DNA of 63,832 bases, counting the filler, from Vannella sp. (taxonomy: Eukaryota), in NCBI GenBank assembly GCA_023345925.1. It is 7 parts of 7 records of this genome, joined end to end, with 100 filler letters (N's around TTAATTAATTAA, not from the genome) between each part and the next. Parts side by side here need not be neighbours in the genome. Positions count along the whole stretch, not along the records: positions 60,157 to 63,832 come from JAJQQN010000333.1; 6 more parts are not named here. One strand, written 5' to 3'. The notes beneath the pieces were generated by a model, which had not been told where the DNA came from, made no database searches, and saw only the letters and a list, made by a program, of their open reading frames with translations. Positions 62,192 to 63,832 of the stretch are shown piece after piece; the stretch's first letter is position 1; every line of letters begins with the position of its first letter. A program made the position numbers and the translations under genes.

Positions 62192-62415
62192 ACCCACCAC
62201 CATCCTCCCTGTACAACAACCACTCTTGTCTTGGTTAAAATAATCATCCGCTTGTAGATTGCCAGAGAAATAAATCCTATTCTATTCTCATTGTTGTTCC
62301 TTCCCATGCGAGCCAGACAGAAGTGGAAGCGTGATAATGACCCAATAATTTCAATGCCAAGAGTTCGCGACTTCTTTCGATCATCGGAAAACGGCTCGTT
62401 TGGTTCATTGTTAAA

Positions 62416-63513
62416 ATGGTGAGGACGAAGGTTGTTGGCACTTTGAGGCGGGTGGTCAGGAGATCCCATGATTTGAGAGTCCCTGCGGACCCTTCCTACC
62501 CAAAGGGAAGTAGTAGGTAGAGAGGGGAGTGGTCTCAACTCGTTCTGATAGGTGGATGTGCGAGCATAGCTGATCGCTTGATCCAAGTGAGCGAGGAGGT
62601 CAACCCAGGGTCTGGAGAGCCGGTGACCGTCTATATCAAAGGCTTTCTGCAAGCGTGTGAATCACCTTCTCAGTTTGGTCCCTGGTATGAGTGTCATAAG
62701 CGATTGCAGTCCCGACGGCAGTGGAGCAATGACGTGTACGGCTACTATTGGCAGTCTGGCTTCTGGCTTTCGCTGGGTACTCTTTGCTACTGGCGTCCAC
62801 CGAGCCATAGCTGATCTCTTCCATAGAAAGCAGACTTGGGAAGGTTCCTGTGCCGATGGCGACGATGGCAAATGCATCCATTCACGTTCTTCAGTCTCTC
62901 TGGAGAGGAAGTCGCCTCGTTCCCTCTCCCTCTCAAGTCGCCATCATTCTGGCTCAAGAGGTGGGCCTCTCTTTGGCAACCCTGATGTATCAATACCGAA
63001 CAGCGACATCCCACATTGAAGACCACGCCCATGTTCTTGCAAGTCACTTGGAGCAATTGAGAAGTGTTCACCGCTATCAACCGGTAGGGAGTCCCACTCA
63101 ACCTCTCTATACCATCTGACACTCTCTAGATTCGCGTTGTAGCCCACTCATTAGGTTGCAAGCTTCTACTAAAGGCAGTAAGCCACATGAAGGAAGAGGA
63201 CCGCCCAGAGGAGATTCATTTATGTGCACCGGCGATCAGTGAAGTGGAGTATGGCCAGATTCTTTCCACCGCAGCTCGTGAGAAGCTGGTTCTCTATTAC
63301 AATCCGGACGACGCTGTCCTGAAATTTTGCTTTCCGGCAATGGAGTTTTGCGAATCGATGGGGTGCGTTGGGCCAAAGGACCGTTCTGTACTTGGAGATG
63401 TGGGGCGTTCCATCGATGTACGCCCTCTTTTCAGTTTTAAGGTCCATGGCGAGTACAAACATTGCTTTGACCGGATTGTGGAGTTTGGGGATGCCGAACC
63501 TCCTTCCCGATAA
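62416..63513 (+). CDS. Alpha/beta-hydrolase-fold protein (DUF726/DUF900-like), multi-exon
   Basis: VYIKGF, YYW.S, IRVVAHSLG nucleophile elbow, YNPDDAVL and VHGEY as a putative Ser-Asp-His triad. Start tentative. Confidence 0.72.
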
Positions 63514-63593
63514 ACCTCCCCTCTTTGATTCATGGACCCGTCTTGGAAGTCTATGAGGAGTAAGTTCGAGAGTTCGCCACCACAGAATCATGA

Positions 63594-63832
63594 GAGAGTT
63601 CACGGCCCATAAAGCACGTCCGCTTGCCTCCGTTGAAAGTGCTTCTAAATTCGACTGGCACCAAATGATATTTTTATATGTTTTTAAGAGGGCTACTTTT
63701 CCCTCGTTTGGGGGGGATGGTCAAATGAGCCCAAAAAGTACCCCGACTAAACCACGTCCAACGAGGTCCCGATCGAATTTAGAGGCACTTTTCAACCAGG
63801 GGCAGCGGACGTGGTTTAATGCGGCCGTGAAC
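63594..63832. mobile_element. About 240-bp MITE with ~65-bp imperfect TIRs; the last ~4 bp lie beyond the window end
   Basis: Left end GAGAGTTCACGGCCCATAAAGCACGTCCGCTTGCCTCCGTTGAAAGTGCTTCTAAATTCGA; reverse complement of right end GTTCACGGCCGCATTAAACCACGTCCGCTGCCCCTGGTTGAAAAGTGCCTCTAAATTCGA. Preceded by TGA. Confidence 0.8.

Overview
The window is seven eukaryotic contigs joined by artificial 100-bp linkers (N44-TTAATTAATTAA-N44). It comes from a very compact protist genome with about 50% GC, the standard genetic code, GT-AG introns mostly 40-58 nt long and intergenic gaps often under 100 bp. An Shk-type TKL-SH2 kinase, a Pats1/Qkg-like Roco kinase, a zizimin-type DOCK GEF and a family-C GPCR point to Amoebozoa (inference). 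Housekeeping genes include importin-5, importin-beta1, syntaxin-18, YKT6, GET4, a PP4/Ppg1-like phosphatase, H2A.Z and enoyl-CoA hydratase. The most striking observation is an ankyrin-repeat plus degenerate Rab gene (50887-52211, minus) whose ankyrin hairpin loops appear to be built from phase-0 microexons of 15, 3, 6, 3, 3 and 6 nt, a possible splicing-based diversification system. It lies head-to-head with a BIR-BIR-U-box IAP-like gene. Other highlights: a Roco protein with DEP, pseudokinase and pseudo-G-alpha modules; an ARF fused to three copies of an uncharacterised domain; a >2600-aa intronless surface protein with a 9-domain x 2 super-repeat; a class C GPCR with an LDLa-like linker; TTTAGGG telo-box motifs in three bidirectional promoters; and a MITE family with GAGAGTTC termini and TNA target sites. 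All gene models and domain calls were made by eye, without database searches.
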